Source: a virus. Taken from it: a stretch of DNA of 64,000 nt. The notes beneath the pieces are model-generated. The model ran no database searches. It was not told the origin of the DNA and was given only the letters and a program-made list of their open reading frames with translations. Positions within the stretch are counted from its first letter, which is position 1, and the number at the start of each line of letters is the position of its first letter. Of this stretch, positions 36,780 through 45,015 are shown piece after piece. The stretch spans positions 43,395 through 107,394 of IMG/VR virus record IMGVR_UViG_3300045988_179616; one strand, 5' to 3'. A program made the translations under genes and the position numbers.

Positions 36780-37508
36780 TTATTCCCAATTTACGACTTC
36801 AACTTTTTTATAACAAGTTTCACTTATATATTTTCCGATTCCAACAGCGTCAGCTTCATCTTCAGTAAGACTTACATCAAACCAATCCTTTGCCAGTTGG
36901 CGCATTGAACGCTTTTTATCAGACCTTGAGCGCCCCTTTACCCCACAATGCGCGCGCCAGGTATTTGTTGGAGCAATTTTGAAGGGAACTCCTAAATCAA
37001 AACAGGTTTCCATCAGAATTCCTTGAAGTCGCGCCAGAGTCTCAAAAGTAGTCACGCCCATCTTTTCTTGATACTGAATACCCTCAATTCCGACAAAATC
37101 TATACCAAAAGTTTTTATAATTGAAACTAACCATTCTTTTATGATGTGGTCTCTAGCAATTTCTTCTAAATCAACGGGGGCACTAAAAATGCCATATTTG
37201 ATAAGCTTTTTATCATCATAGATTGAAAAGCCAGAAACTTTTGTTGCTTGGTCTAATCCCAATACCCGAAAAGTGTCTTTCTTTTTAGGAATAGTTTTCA
37301 AAGTTGAAGAGACTAGTGGATTTTCTTTACACAAAGGGCAATCGCGCCGAGTACGAATTTTTTTCCAAGGAGCGAAAACATGGTGTCCTTCATTACAGGT
37401 ATATTCGAGAATTTCGTCTAAATTATGATACTCAGTAGAAATTAAATTCCACCCATCTTTAGACAATTCTGCTTTTATATCTTCTATTTGAATTTTTGCC
37501 AATTTCAC
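36780..37508 (-). CDS. RuvC-like Holliday junction resolvase with N-terminal Zn-finger domain
   Basis: LGLDQATKVSGFSIY (first catalytic Asp), VGIEGIQYQ (Glu) and EDEADAVGIG (C-terminal acidic pair). N-terminal C/H cluster (CNEGHH...CPLC). Confidence 0.65.
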   Translation of the reverse strand: MKLAKIQIEDIKAELSKDGWNLISTEYHNLDEILEYTCNEGHHVFAPWKKIRTRRDCPLCKENPLVSSTLKTIPKKKDTFRVLGLDQATKVSGFSIYDDKKLIKYGIFSAPVDLEEIARDHIIKEWLVSIIKTFGIDFVGIEGIQYQEKMGVTTFETLARLQGILMETCFDLGVPFKIAPTNTWRAHCGVKGRSRSDKKRSMRQLAKDWFDVSLTEDEADAVGIGKYISETCYKKVEVVNWE

Positions 37509-37518
37509 CCACTTCCTA

Positions 37519-38421
37519 TTATTTTAGCCCAGTAGAACCGAAGCCTCCATCAGCCCTTTCTGTATCTTTCATAACTTTATCTACCAGATAGAAATTAGCT
37601 TTGGGAACTTCAGCGAGGACTAACTGGGCAAATTTCTCACCCTTATGAATGTAATGGTCCGTGCCATGTAGGATAGAAGTAATAATAGGATGGCCATTAT
37701 TATCGAATTCATAAGTAATATCTTGAATAGGTGCTTCCACATTTTCAACAATAACACAGACTTCTCCACGGAACCCAGCATCAATAGTTGCGGGGGTATT
37801 CGCGACTCTTAACTTTGTCTTTAGACAACGACCACTCTTAGGACGAATCTGTAACTCATAACCATTAGGAATAGCAAACTTTAAGCCAGTAGGAATTAAT
37901 TTTGTCTCTCCGGGATGGATAGTATAATCTTGTAGTGCATACAAGTCCATTCCACTATCATCTATATGCGCATATTCAGGCATCCGGGCCCCTTTTCGGC
38001 ATTTCTCATAAGGAATTTGGATGTATTTCTTAGCAACTCCTTGAGTTTCACTGATACAGTTGGCTAGCCCATTAGCTAGTTGCTTCAGGAAATCTTTCTT
38101 TTGAGCAGAGAAGCCTTTTAGTGTATCAATCTTTTGACCTAATTGGACAAAATTTTGAACCATATCTTCGACAGTGGCGCCATTAGCATTTATCGCTTGG
38201 GCAAGGAACAAACGAGTATTTGCATTATTCAAACTCCGTAAGTAGCTATCCAAAACTCCAGGAGCTAACAAAGTGAATTTATCTTCGGGGAGGTCTAGTA
38301 ATCCCCCAATTGCTTCAAGTGTATCTTCTTTGCCAGAAAGCTCTCCCATTAGAGAAGATAGTTGATGGACATCTTCTTTAGTAATTTCCTCTTGAGTAGA
38401 AAAATCAAATATCTCAGCCAT
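37519..38421 (-). CDS. dut: dUTPase (trimeric type) with a roughly 150-aa N-terminal extension of unknown function
   Basis: The C-terminal half carries SGMDLYA, GETKLIPTGL, IRPKSG, IDAGFRGEV and a GGFGSTG tail, which are typical dUTPase motifs. The N-terminal half has no recognised motif. Confidence 0.8.
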   Translation of the reverse strand: MAEIFDFSTQEEITKEDVHQLSSLMGELSGKEDTLEAIGGLLDLPEDKFTLLAPGVLDSYLRSLNNANTRLFLAQAINANGATVEDMVQNFVQLGQKIDTLKGFSAQKKDFLKQLANGLANCISETQGVAKKYIQIPYEKCRKGARMPEYAHIDDSGMDLYALQDYTIHPGETKLIPTGLKFAIPNGYELQIRPKSGRCLKTKLRVANTPATIDAGFRGEVCVIVENVEAPIQDITYEFDNNGHPIITSILHGTDHYIHKGEKFAQLVLAEVPKANFYLVDKVMKDTERADGGFGSTGLK

Positions 38422-38638
38422 CTAATTCCTCCCATAGCTCTCCAAAAATTTCAGTTATCTTGACTAACCATAGCTCACCGATAATCTCACCTTTGGCCTT
38501 TTTCGTTTTATAGGTGTATCCTGCTGAACCAATAGTAAATCCTTTTTCACAAGCATCTTTTCGATAATTTTCAATTACTTGCTTGGCTTCTTCTTCAGTA
38601 AAACAGATAATTTCTGTTTTTTCTTTATAAGTTCTCAT
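38414..38638 (-). CDS. Hypothetical protein (74 aa)
   Basis: ORF overlapping the dut start. Confidence 0.45.
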   Translation of the reverse strand: MRTYKEKTEIICFTEEEAKQVIENYRKDACEKGFTIGSAGYTYKTKKAKGEIIGELWLVKITEIFGELWEELDG

Positions 38639-38647
38639 ATATTCTCC

Positions 38648-38887
38648 TTAGTCTTTTACATCAATATTTAGAGAATCAAGATTATTTTTATCAATTGATG
38701 TTGATGAATTGCTTGTAGTAATTGTAGAATAACAGTTAGGTGTAGTTGTAATATTAGAACCATAATAAATAGTATAGCTATCTATTTTACCTTCATTATA
38801 AACCTCATTCAGTAGTTTTTGAAGCTCTTCTTTCGTAAATTCTATCTTACCCTTTTCGTTATGAGGAAATACTCTAATTTTTGTCAT
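38648..38887 (-). CDS. Hypothetical protein (79 aa)
   Basis: ORF in the operon. Confidence 0.45.
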   Translation of the reverse strand: MTKIRVFPHNEKGKIEFTKEELQKLLNEVYNEGKIDSYTIYYGSNITTTPNCYSTITTSNSSTSIDKNNLDSLNIDVKD

Positions 38888-38888
38888 A

Positions 38889-39488
38889 TCAATTCTCCTT
38901 TTGTGTCAATTCCATAAATCTTGGTAGTGTCTCAATCCAATCACAAATCATCTGCCAATCAGGTAGGCGATGATGACGTCGTTGTTGATAAATTGTTTTT
39001 AGTTGTTGATAGTTTGTTGTCATTCCGGCTGTTAGCTCAAAACCCATTGGAATATTATAAAGAATTTCAAGATACTTTTCATTCATAAGTTTATGAGTTT
39101 CTTCTGTTTTTTTCTCTAAAGAAGATAATCTATTATATTCATCAATTTTTTCCTGACAAATATCAATAATTCTTCTATCAACATAAACATTACATTGTTT
39201 AGTTAGAGAAAATTTTAAAACCTTATGCATTTTGCTTTGGCTTGAAATGGGCTCCATCCAATGATACCGTTCCGCTTGCATCCAAGCATTTTGACTAATT
39301 GTTAAATCAAATTGGACAATAATTCCTTTTAGAGCATTATCATGTCCTTGACCAGTCGGGCAAGTAAGACAATTCCTAATACCAGGAGTAAGCTCACTAT
39401 TCAAATTTTCAATATTGACAGCCTTTGGATATTTAGCAGTTTTAATTGCTCGTTCAAGGCCATACACTTCAGTATTTTCAATCTTCAA
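38889..39488 (-). CDS. ThyX-like (flavin-dependent thymidylate synthase fold) protein with non-canonical active-site motif
   Basis: By eye it aligns to ThyX. GQGHDNALKGIIVQFDLTIS matches the HGHxxxxEHxxFTFxI block. QAERYHWMEPISSQSKMH lies where ThyX has QxxRHRxxSxxxxSxRY. MTTNYQQLKTIYQQRRHHRLPDWQ matches the NxRxLxxFxxLRxxxxAQxEI block. Confidence 0.55.
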   Translation of the reverse strand: MKIENTEVYGLERAIKTAKYPKAVNIENLNSELTPGIRNCLTCPTGQGHDNALKGIIVQFDLTISQNAWMQAERYHWMEPISSQSKMHKVLKFSLTKQCNVYVDRRIIDICQEKIDEYNRLSSLEKKTEETHKLMNEKYLEILYNIPMGFELTAGMTTNYQQLKTIYQQRRHHRLPDWQMICDWIETLPRFMELTQKEN

Positions 39489-39901
39489 ATATATCTCTCC
39501 TTTACAAAATCTCCATCTTCATCTATATAATAAACATTCTTGATTCCCAAATTTTTTATAAGCTTACTACAAGCAGGACAAGGTTTGCTACAAGCCCTTT
39601 CTCCTGTTTTACGTTCTCTAAAAGTAAAAATGGAAACTTTATCCCATTCTATCTCTTTTCCAATTAAAGGAGATAGAGCAGAAATTTCCGCGTGTTCACA
39701 AGAATTGGAATTTTTATAATCTTCAAAATTACGATACTTATTATAGTAAAATTGAAGAGGACGAGTTTTTGTAGAGTTGCAAGAAGCAGATAAAATTCTT
39801 TTTCCACTAACAACTACTGCGCCGACTCTTGCTCTATCAAAATTAGAAAGCCGACACATTTGTTTAGCGATATTGAAGAAACTTTTTTCTCTGTGGGTCA
39901 T
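39485..39901 (-). CDS. dCMP deaminase (ComEB/CDA-fold)
   Basis: CEHAE zinc/catalytic motif and PCPACSKL. 138 aa. Confidence 0.8.
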   Translation of the reverse strand: MTHREKSFFNIAKQMCRLSNFDRARVGAVVVSGKRILSASCNSTKTRPLQFYYNKYRNFEDYKNSNSCEHAEISALSPLIGKEIEWDKVSIFTFRERKTGERACSKPCPACSKLIKNLGIKNVYYIDEDGDFVKERYI

Positions 39902-39949
39902 TCTATCAACGCATCCTTTTCTTTTTACTATAATAAGTATATCATAAAA

Positions 39950-41230
39950 TTATTCTTTTTTCAAATTTTTCCTTTTATCCAACTCTTTTATAATTTGGTC
40001 TATTCGGCGCGCGCACTCTCTAAATTCAACCGATGTCCACCCTTTTGTAGTCATAGCTGGTGTTCCAATTCGTAAACCAGAAGTCTCCATCGGACTTCGA
40101 TTTTCATTAGGGATACAATTCTTATTTAGAGTAATATTATGCTTATCAAGTTCTTCTTGAACTTCGCGCCCTGTAAGATTAGGATAGTTATAAGTGAGAT
40201 CAATTAGGAATAGGTGATTATCTGTTCCTCCACTTACAATTTTATATCCAAGGCTCTGAAATTCGTTGCACATTGCTTTGGAATTCAAAACTACTTGCTT
40301 AGCATAATCTCTAAATTCAGGAGTTAGGGCCTCTTCAGCGCAGACTGCTTTTCCTGCAATGACGTGCATCAAAGGCCCTCCCTGATTACCCGGGAAGACC
40401 GCGCCGTCTACCTTCTTCGCTAGTTCTGGCTTACAAAAGATTAGTCCGCCACGTGGCCCGCGCAGAGTCTTATGAACAGTAGTAGTAATAATATCAGCCA
40501 AACCAAAAGGAGAAGGATGACATCCACTGGCTATCAATCCTGCAATATGTGCCATGTCAACCATAAAATATGGTCGATAATTATCATTTCTTTCAATCAT
40601 CCCTTCAAGTTGAATCACATCAATTATTTCTTTCATTCTCTTGAAATCAATAATGCGACTATAGGCACTTGCGCCAGCTAAGACTAGTTGTGGATGGTAA
40701 AAACGAATTTTTTGTTCAAAATCCTTATAATCAATAAATCCATTTTTATCTACTCCATACTCAATATGATTGAAAATTTTACCACTAATATTGACAGGAG
40801 AGCAATGTGATAAGTGGCCTCCATTCGCCAAGGACATGGAAAGAATTGTATCTCCTGGTTTTAGAACTGCCATATATGCCGAAATATTAGCTTGAGTTCC
40901 ACTATGAGGCTGGACATTTACATGATAGTCAGTATTGAAAACTTCTCTCCACTTATTACAGCAATATTCTTCTATTTGGTCTACTACTTGACATCCACCA
41001 TAATAGCGTCCTTGACGTCCAGAATATCGTGAACATTCAGGATATCCCTCAGCGTATTTAGCTGTAAGACAAGAAGCCATAGTAGCTCGAACTGCATCAC
41101 TAGGATAGTTTTCACTAGCGATGAGCTCGATATTTTTTTGTTGGCGTTCTGCTTCAATTCTAATTAGATTAGCTACCGTTGGAGAATGGTCATTTACAAA
41201 ATTATAAACTATTGGATCTAAAGAACTCAA
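39950..41230 (-). CDS. glyA: Serine hydroxymethyltransferase
   Basis: 426 aa. LIASENY, GYPxxRYYGG, TTTVHKTLRGPRGG (PLP-lysine motif) and NKNxIP. Confidence 0.9.
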   Translation of the reverse strand: MSSLDPIVYNFVNDHSPTVANLIRIEAERQQKNIELIASENYPSDAVRATMASCLTAKYAEGYPECSRYSGRQGRYYGGCQVVDQIEEYCCNKWREVFNTDYHVNVQPHSGTQANISAYMAVLKPGDTILSMSLANGGHLSHCSPVNISGKIFNHIEYGVDKNGFIDYKDFEQKIRFYHPQLVLAGASAYSRIIDFKRMKEIIDVIQLEGMIERNDNYRPYFMVDMAHIAGLIASGCHPSPFGLADIITTTVHKTLRGPRGGLIFCKPELAKKVDGAVFPGNQGGPLMHVIAGKAVCAEEALTPEFRDYAKQVVLNSKAMCNEFQSLGYKIVSGGTDNHLFLIDLTYNYPNLTGREVQEELDKHNITLNKNCIPNENRSPMETSGLRIGTPAMTTKGWTSVEFRECARRIDQIIKELDKRKNLKKE

Positions 41231-41415
41231 CTTTCTTCCTCCTTTGCTTCTAAATAGCCTCTCATATGTTCATCTTTTAGGGCTTGTTGAATGTTCTTCC
41301 AAGCATCGGGAAAAAGAGAACCAATCAAAAAACTAAAACTAATTTCTTCGCTATCAAAATTTTCAATAACTTTTGAAATTTTTTGAAAACGCTCTTTTGA
41401 AACTGTCATTTCCAT
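41227..41415 (-). CDS. Hypothetical protein (62 aa)
   Basis: ORF with an ATGA overlap with the glyA start. Confidence 0.4.
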   Translation of the reverse strand: MEMTVSKERFQKISKVIENFDSEEISFSFLIGSLFPDAWKNIQQALKDEHMRGYLEAKEEES

Positions 41416-41427
41416 AACTAATTCTCC

Positions 41428-43686
41428 TTATCCACATCTACTCCAACCACAAGATTTACATATGACGCATCCGCCCTCTTGTATAAGCTCAGAACCGCAC
41501 CCTGGACATTTTGCGCCATTATCGGTCTCTGGATTGGATGAGGGTATGCTCTCAGAGCCTAGTGTTTGAGAATTGGAATTTGCCAAGGCAATAATTGAAT
41601 TTCCTTTTTCAATTCTTTCTTTCATCTCCTTCCACATTTCCATAAGAGCATTGCCTACTGCCATAGGACAACAGGCGCCTTTTGAGGTATCATGCTTTGT
41701 GGCAGTCCGGGAGGCATAACTTGGACAGACGCCAGTGCTTTGAAGCTGGTCAGCAATATCTTCAATTTTTACACCGCCACGACAAGCTAGAGAAATCATT
41801 CGAGAAAGACCAACCATAAAGTTAGCACATCCGCCAGCACTTCCTTTATTTAGATAAATCTCCATCAAGTCACCAGTATGCGGGTCAAACCAGGCAGTAC
41901 AATGGAGAGAACCACAACCAGTAGTTAAACGTCGTTTCATTCCAATTAGATTATCAGAACAGCTAATGATTTCTCCACGAGATAGACCTTTTTCCTCTTC
42001 TTTTTCTTGAGAGTTGTTAGTTGTTAGAATCCCAAGTCGCTTACAGCCATTTCTAAAAACAGTAATACCCTTTAGTCTTTCTGTCCAGGCATTTAGATAA
42101 ATCTCTTCAACATCCTTAATAGTTGCTTCTTCTGGAAGATTTACGGTGCTACTAATAGAAGCGTCAATGTGTTTTTGCCATACTCCTTGCATTAGCACTC
42201 TATTTAGAGGAGAAATTGTCGATGAAGTACAAAACCAATTAGGAAGTTCAGTTTCATCTTTTATTCCATGTTCATCCATATATTCTTTTACAATTGGAGT
42301 ATATACCTTATAATATTCATCATGACCATGAAGAGATTCAGTTTTTCGAGTATAGGAATTAGCAAAAATTGGTTCAATCCCTCCACTAATTCCTAACATT
42401 GTAGAAATAGTACCAGTCGGCGCGATTGTCAGCAATTGACTATTACGAAGACCATAAGCCTCTATCGCTTCTCTTGTACTTTCGCAAGTATTATTTTTTA
42501 GGAACTCACTTTTTTGGACACAAGATTTATAATTGTTATAAGAGCCAGCGTGTCCGGCAAGAAAAGCTGAAGTATATAAAGCCTGGTCGGCCATTACTAA
42601 GCCAATTTCTTCACATAACTGTCGGGCCTGTTCTGAATCATAAGGAAGCTCCATTTTTATAAGCATATCAGCCAGCCCCATAATTCCAAGACCTATTTGA
42701 CGCCAATCTGCTACTGATTGCCTTTGTTCTTCTAAGGGATGCAAAGAAAGTCCTTCTTCCAGTACTTCGTTTAGATAGATGACACCATTAGCTACCGTTT
42801 CACTAAAATCATCAAAATCAAACTCTTTATCTTTTACAAAAGCAGAGAGATTTATACTTGACAAGAGACAAGACCCTCCCGCAGGAAGAGGCTCCTCCGC
42901 GCAGGGGTTGACTCCTGCATATTCAAAAGTATCGTCAAACTCAAGTAGATTATATTCTTTAATATTATCCCAGAATAGAATTCCAGGTTCTCCCCAATCC
43001 CAATTATTTTTACATAGTTTTTCAAAAATATCCCTAGCCTTAGCACTTTTTGTAATGGTCTCTCCAGTTTCTGGACGAGTAAAAGACATGACCCAATTCT
43101 CGTCATTGATTACGGCTTCCATAAAATCATCAGTTACTCGAACAGAAATGTTTGCTTTAGTAACAGCATCCGGAGAAGTCTTTGCATCAATAAAGTCCAA
43201 AAGGTCAGGATGATGACAGTCCAAACTAATCATCAATGCTCCGCGCCGGCCAGCTTGACCAATCTCTTCAGTCGTTTGACTATATCCTTGCATAAAACTT
43301 ACTGCGCCGGTAGTTTGTTCTGCTTGATTATGAACCTTTGCGCCTGCGGGAGCTAATTTAGAAAGGTCAATTCCACAACCACCACCATAAGAATAGGTTC
43401 TAGCTAGTTTCTTACGACTTTCAAAAATAGATTCAATATTATCTTCTGGAGGAGTAATAACATAACAATTACTATAAGTTACTCGTGTATCAGTGATTCC
43501 CCGATTGCTAAGAATTCGTCCGCCGGGAATGAATTTTTTTTCAATAATTAGTTCTTTTATTGCTTCGTTATTTCCACTAACTCTATCTAGCCATTCGTCA
43601 AAAGTTTCGTTATTCTTTTTATACTTTCGATTCCATATATCTATACCCAAGCTATTATCTTTTCCTAGCCATTGTTCTACTGTCAT
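41428..43686 (-). CDS. nrdJ: Class II (adenosylcobalamin-dependent) ribonucleotide reductase
   Basis: 752 aa, no ATP cone. Motifs: SNCYV, GGGCGIDLS, GRRGALMISL, NPCAEEPL (active-site Cys loop), IAPTGTIS. C-terminal CPGCG...CVICKSCGWSRCG zinc ribbon. Confidence 0.8.
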   Translation of the reverse strand: MTVEQWLGKDNSLGIDIWNRKYKKNNETFDEWLDRVSGNNEAIKELIIEKKFIPGGRILSNRGITDTRVTYSNCYVITPPEDNIESIFESRKKLARTYSYGGGCGIDLSKLAPAGAKVHNQAEQTTGAVSFMQGYSQTTEEIGQAGRRGALMISLDCHHPDLLDFIDAKTSPDAVTKANISVRVTDDFMEAVINDENWVMSFTRPETGETITKSAKARDIFEKLCKNNWDWGEPGILFWDNIKEYNLLEFDDTFEYAGVNPCAEEPLPAGGSCLLSSINLSAFVKDKEFDFDDFSETVANGVIYLNEVLEEGLSLHPLEEQRQSVADWRQIGLGIMGLADMLIKMELPYDSEQARQLCEEIGLVMADQALYTSAFLAGHAGSYNNYKSCVQKSEFLKNNTCESTREAIEAYGLRNSQLLTIAPTGTISTMLGISGGIEPIFANSYTRKTESLHGHDEYYKVYTPIVKEYMDEHGIKDETELPNWFCTSSTISPLNRVLMQGVWQKHIDASISSTVNLPEEATIKDVEEIYLNAWTERLKGITVFRNGCKRLGILTTNNSQEKEEEKGLSRGEIISCSDNLIGMKRRLTTGCGSLHCTAWFDPHTGDLMEIYLNKGSAGGCANFMVGLSRMISLACRGGVKIEDIADQLQSTGVCPSYASRTATKHDTSKGACCPMAVGNALMEMWKEMKERIEKGNSIIALANSNSQTLGSESIPSSNPETDNGAKCPGCGSELIQEGGCVICKSCGWSRCG

Positions 43687-43877
43687 TAGCTCTCCTCCAT
43701 GTCACAAAATTCACAATATCCTCCAACAAAATGATGTTGGCATTGAGATTGATAGTTTTTATTCTCTCGCAAAAGGCGCGCGACCTCATTATTTAGAGTG
43801 AACTGATTAGGCGTGAGAAGCGTATTGATAAGTTGATTATTCAAATCAATAGCTTTTCGAATTTCAATTTGAGTCAT
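43686..43877 (-). CDS. Small Cys/His protein (63 aa)
   Basis: ORF with a C-terminal CQHHFVGGYCEFC cluster. Overlaps both neighbours. Confidence 0.4.
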   Translation of the reverse strand: MTQIEIRKAIDLNNQLINTLLTPNQFTLNNEVARLLRENKNYQSQCQHHFVGGYCEFCDMEES

Positions 43878-45015
43878 TTATAATTTTCCTCCCATCAAAA
43901 ATTACTTTTCTCCATTCATAAAACATTCTAAAGGCTTCATAGTTATTGAATCTAACATATTGAAAAGCATCTCTGGCTTCTTGTGTAGAAGGCCACCTTC
44001 GTTGATATTTTGCTCGCCAGCATTTCCAAGGGTCTTGATGTTTAGCTATCCATTTGCAATAATCAACAATTCTATCTGCTTTATAATTATAGTATTTTGA
44101 CCTTATAAACCAATTCAAGACCTCAAAAAGATTTTGTAATTCAGGAGTTGTGATTAGTGTGTCATCATATACAAGTGAAATTTTTATCCAATGTCTATGG
44201 AAAAATAGAACTTGAGGAATAATTAAGGGTAAACGATTCATTAAAAAGTCATTCTCATCCTTGCATCCCTCGTCAACTTTATAAGACATTTGACTTGTTC
44301 CTAAATCCCATAAATATCTCATTTTGTCACATAAGACGTCATCCATAAAATTATTATATTGTATTCCAAAAACATCTTCCATAATAGGTAGCCGTAACCA
44401 TTTTAGTAGTTCTTCCTCTGAAGATACTTGTATAGGAAATTTAGTTCCAAGCGAATATGGTTTTACAGTATTGCTGTTCAAATTATTTCGAGAATACAAC
44501 CACTCTTTTATGAAATCATAAGCACCATCAATGGCACCTACATCGTAATCATGAAGAATGAGGCATCTTGTATTTTGAAACATATAGTCCTCTTTTTTTA
44601 GCCAAGGGTCTATATTTTTCCCATCAATTGAAAGACGAATATGCGCGCTCCATAAAATTCTCTTGAATAGACGGGCGTCATCTTTTATACGACAAAAATT
44701 AGGAGAATGACGCTCATAGATTGAAAAATCAGGAATGGTTTGTTCAATTTCAAGAGGAAGAGGTTTATATGGACCTGGTTGTATTGCACGTCCTCCAAGA
44801 ATTATCTTATCATCAAATAATTCTCGTGGATAAATTCCATCATCATAATCTTTTCTTACATAAAGAGTAGAGAAGCGTTCTGGCGCCAACTCTGGTGCCA
44901 GAACAGAAATTTCTCTTTTTTTCTTATGATAAGCACAAAGCTTCGCGCACTCAAGATTGGGGAGGACATTTTGGTAAGTAAAGAAATCGTAATCATGTAC
45001 CCCAATTATTCCCAT
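43864..45015 (-). CDS. Hypothetical W/Y-rich protein (383 aa), no recognised motif
   Basis: Long ORF coupled to dnaE (start/stop overlap at 45015). No P-loop or CX3CX2C motif seen. Confidence 0.6.
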   Translation of the reverse strand: MGIIGVHDYDFFTYQNVLPNLECAKLCAYHKKKREISVLAPELAPERFSTLYVRKDYDDGIYPRELFDDKIILGGRAIQPGPYKPLPLEIEQTIPDFSIYERHSPNFCRIKDDARLFKRILWSAHIRLSIDGKNIDPWLKKEDYMFQNTRCLILHDYDVGAIDGAYDFIKEWLYSRNNLNSNTVKPYSLGTKFPIQVSSEEELLKWLRLPIMEDVFGIQYNNFMDDVLCDKMRYLWDLGTSQMSYKVDEGCKDENDFLMNRLPLIIPQVLFFHRHWIKISLVYDDTLITTPELQNLFEVLNWFIRSKYYNYKADRIVDYCKWIAKHQDPWKCWRAKYQRRWPSTQEARDAFQYVRFNNYEAFRMFYEWRKVIFDGRKIINDSN

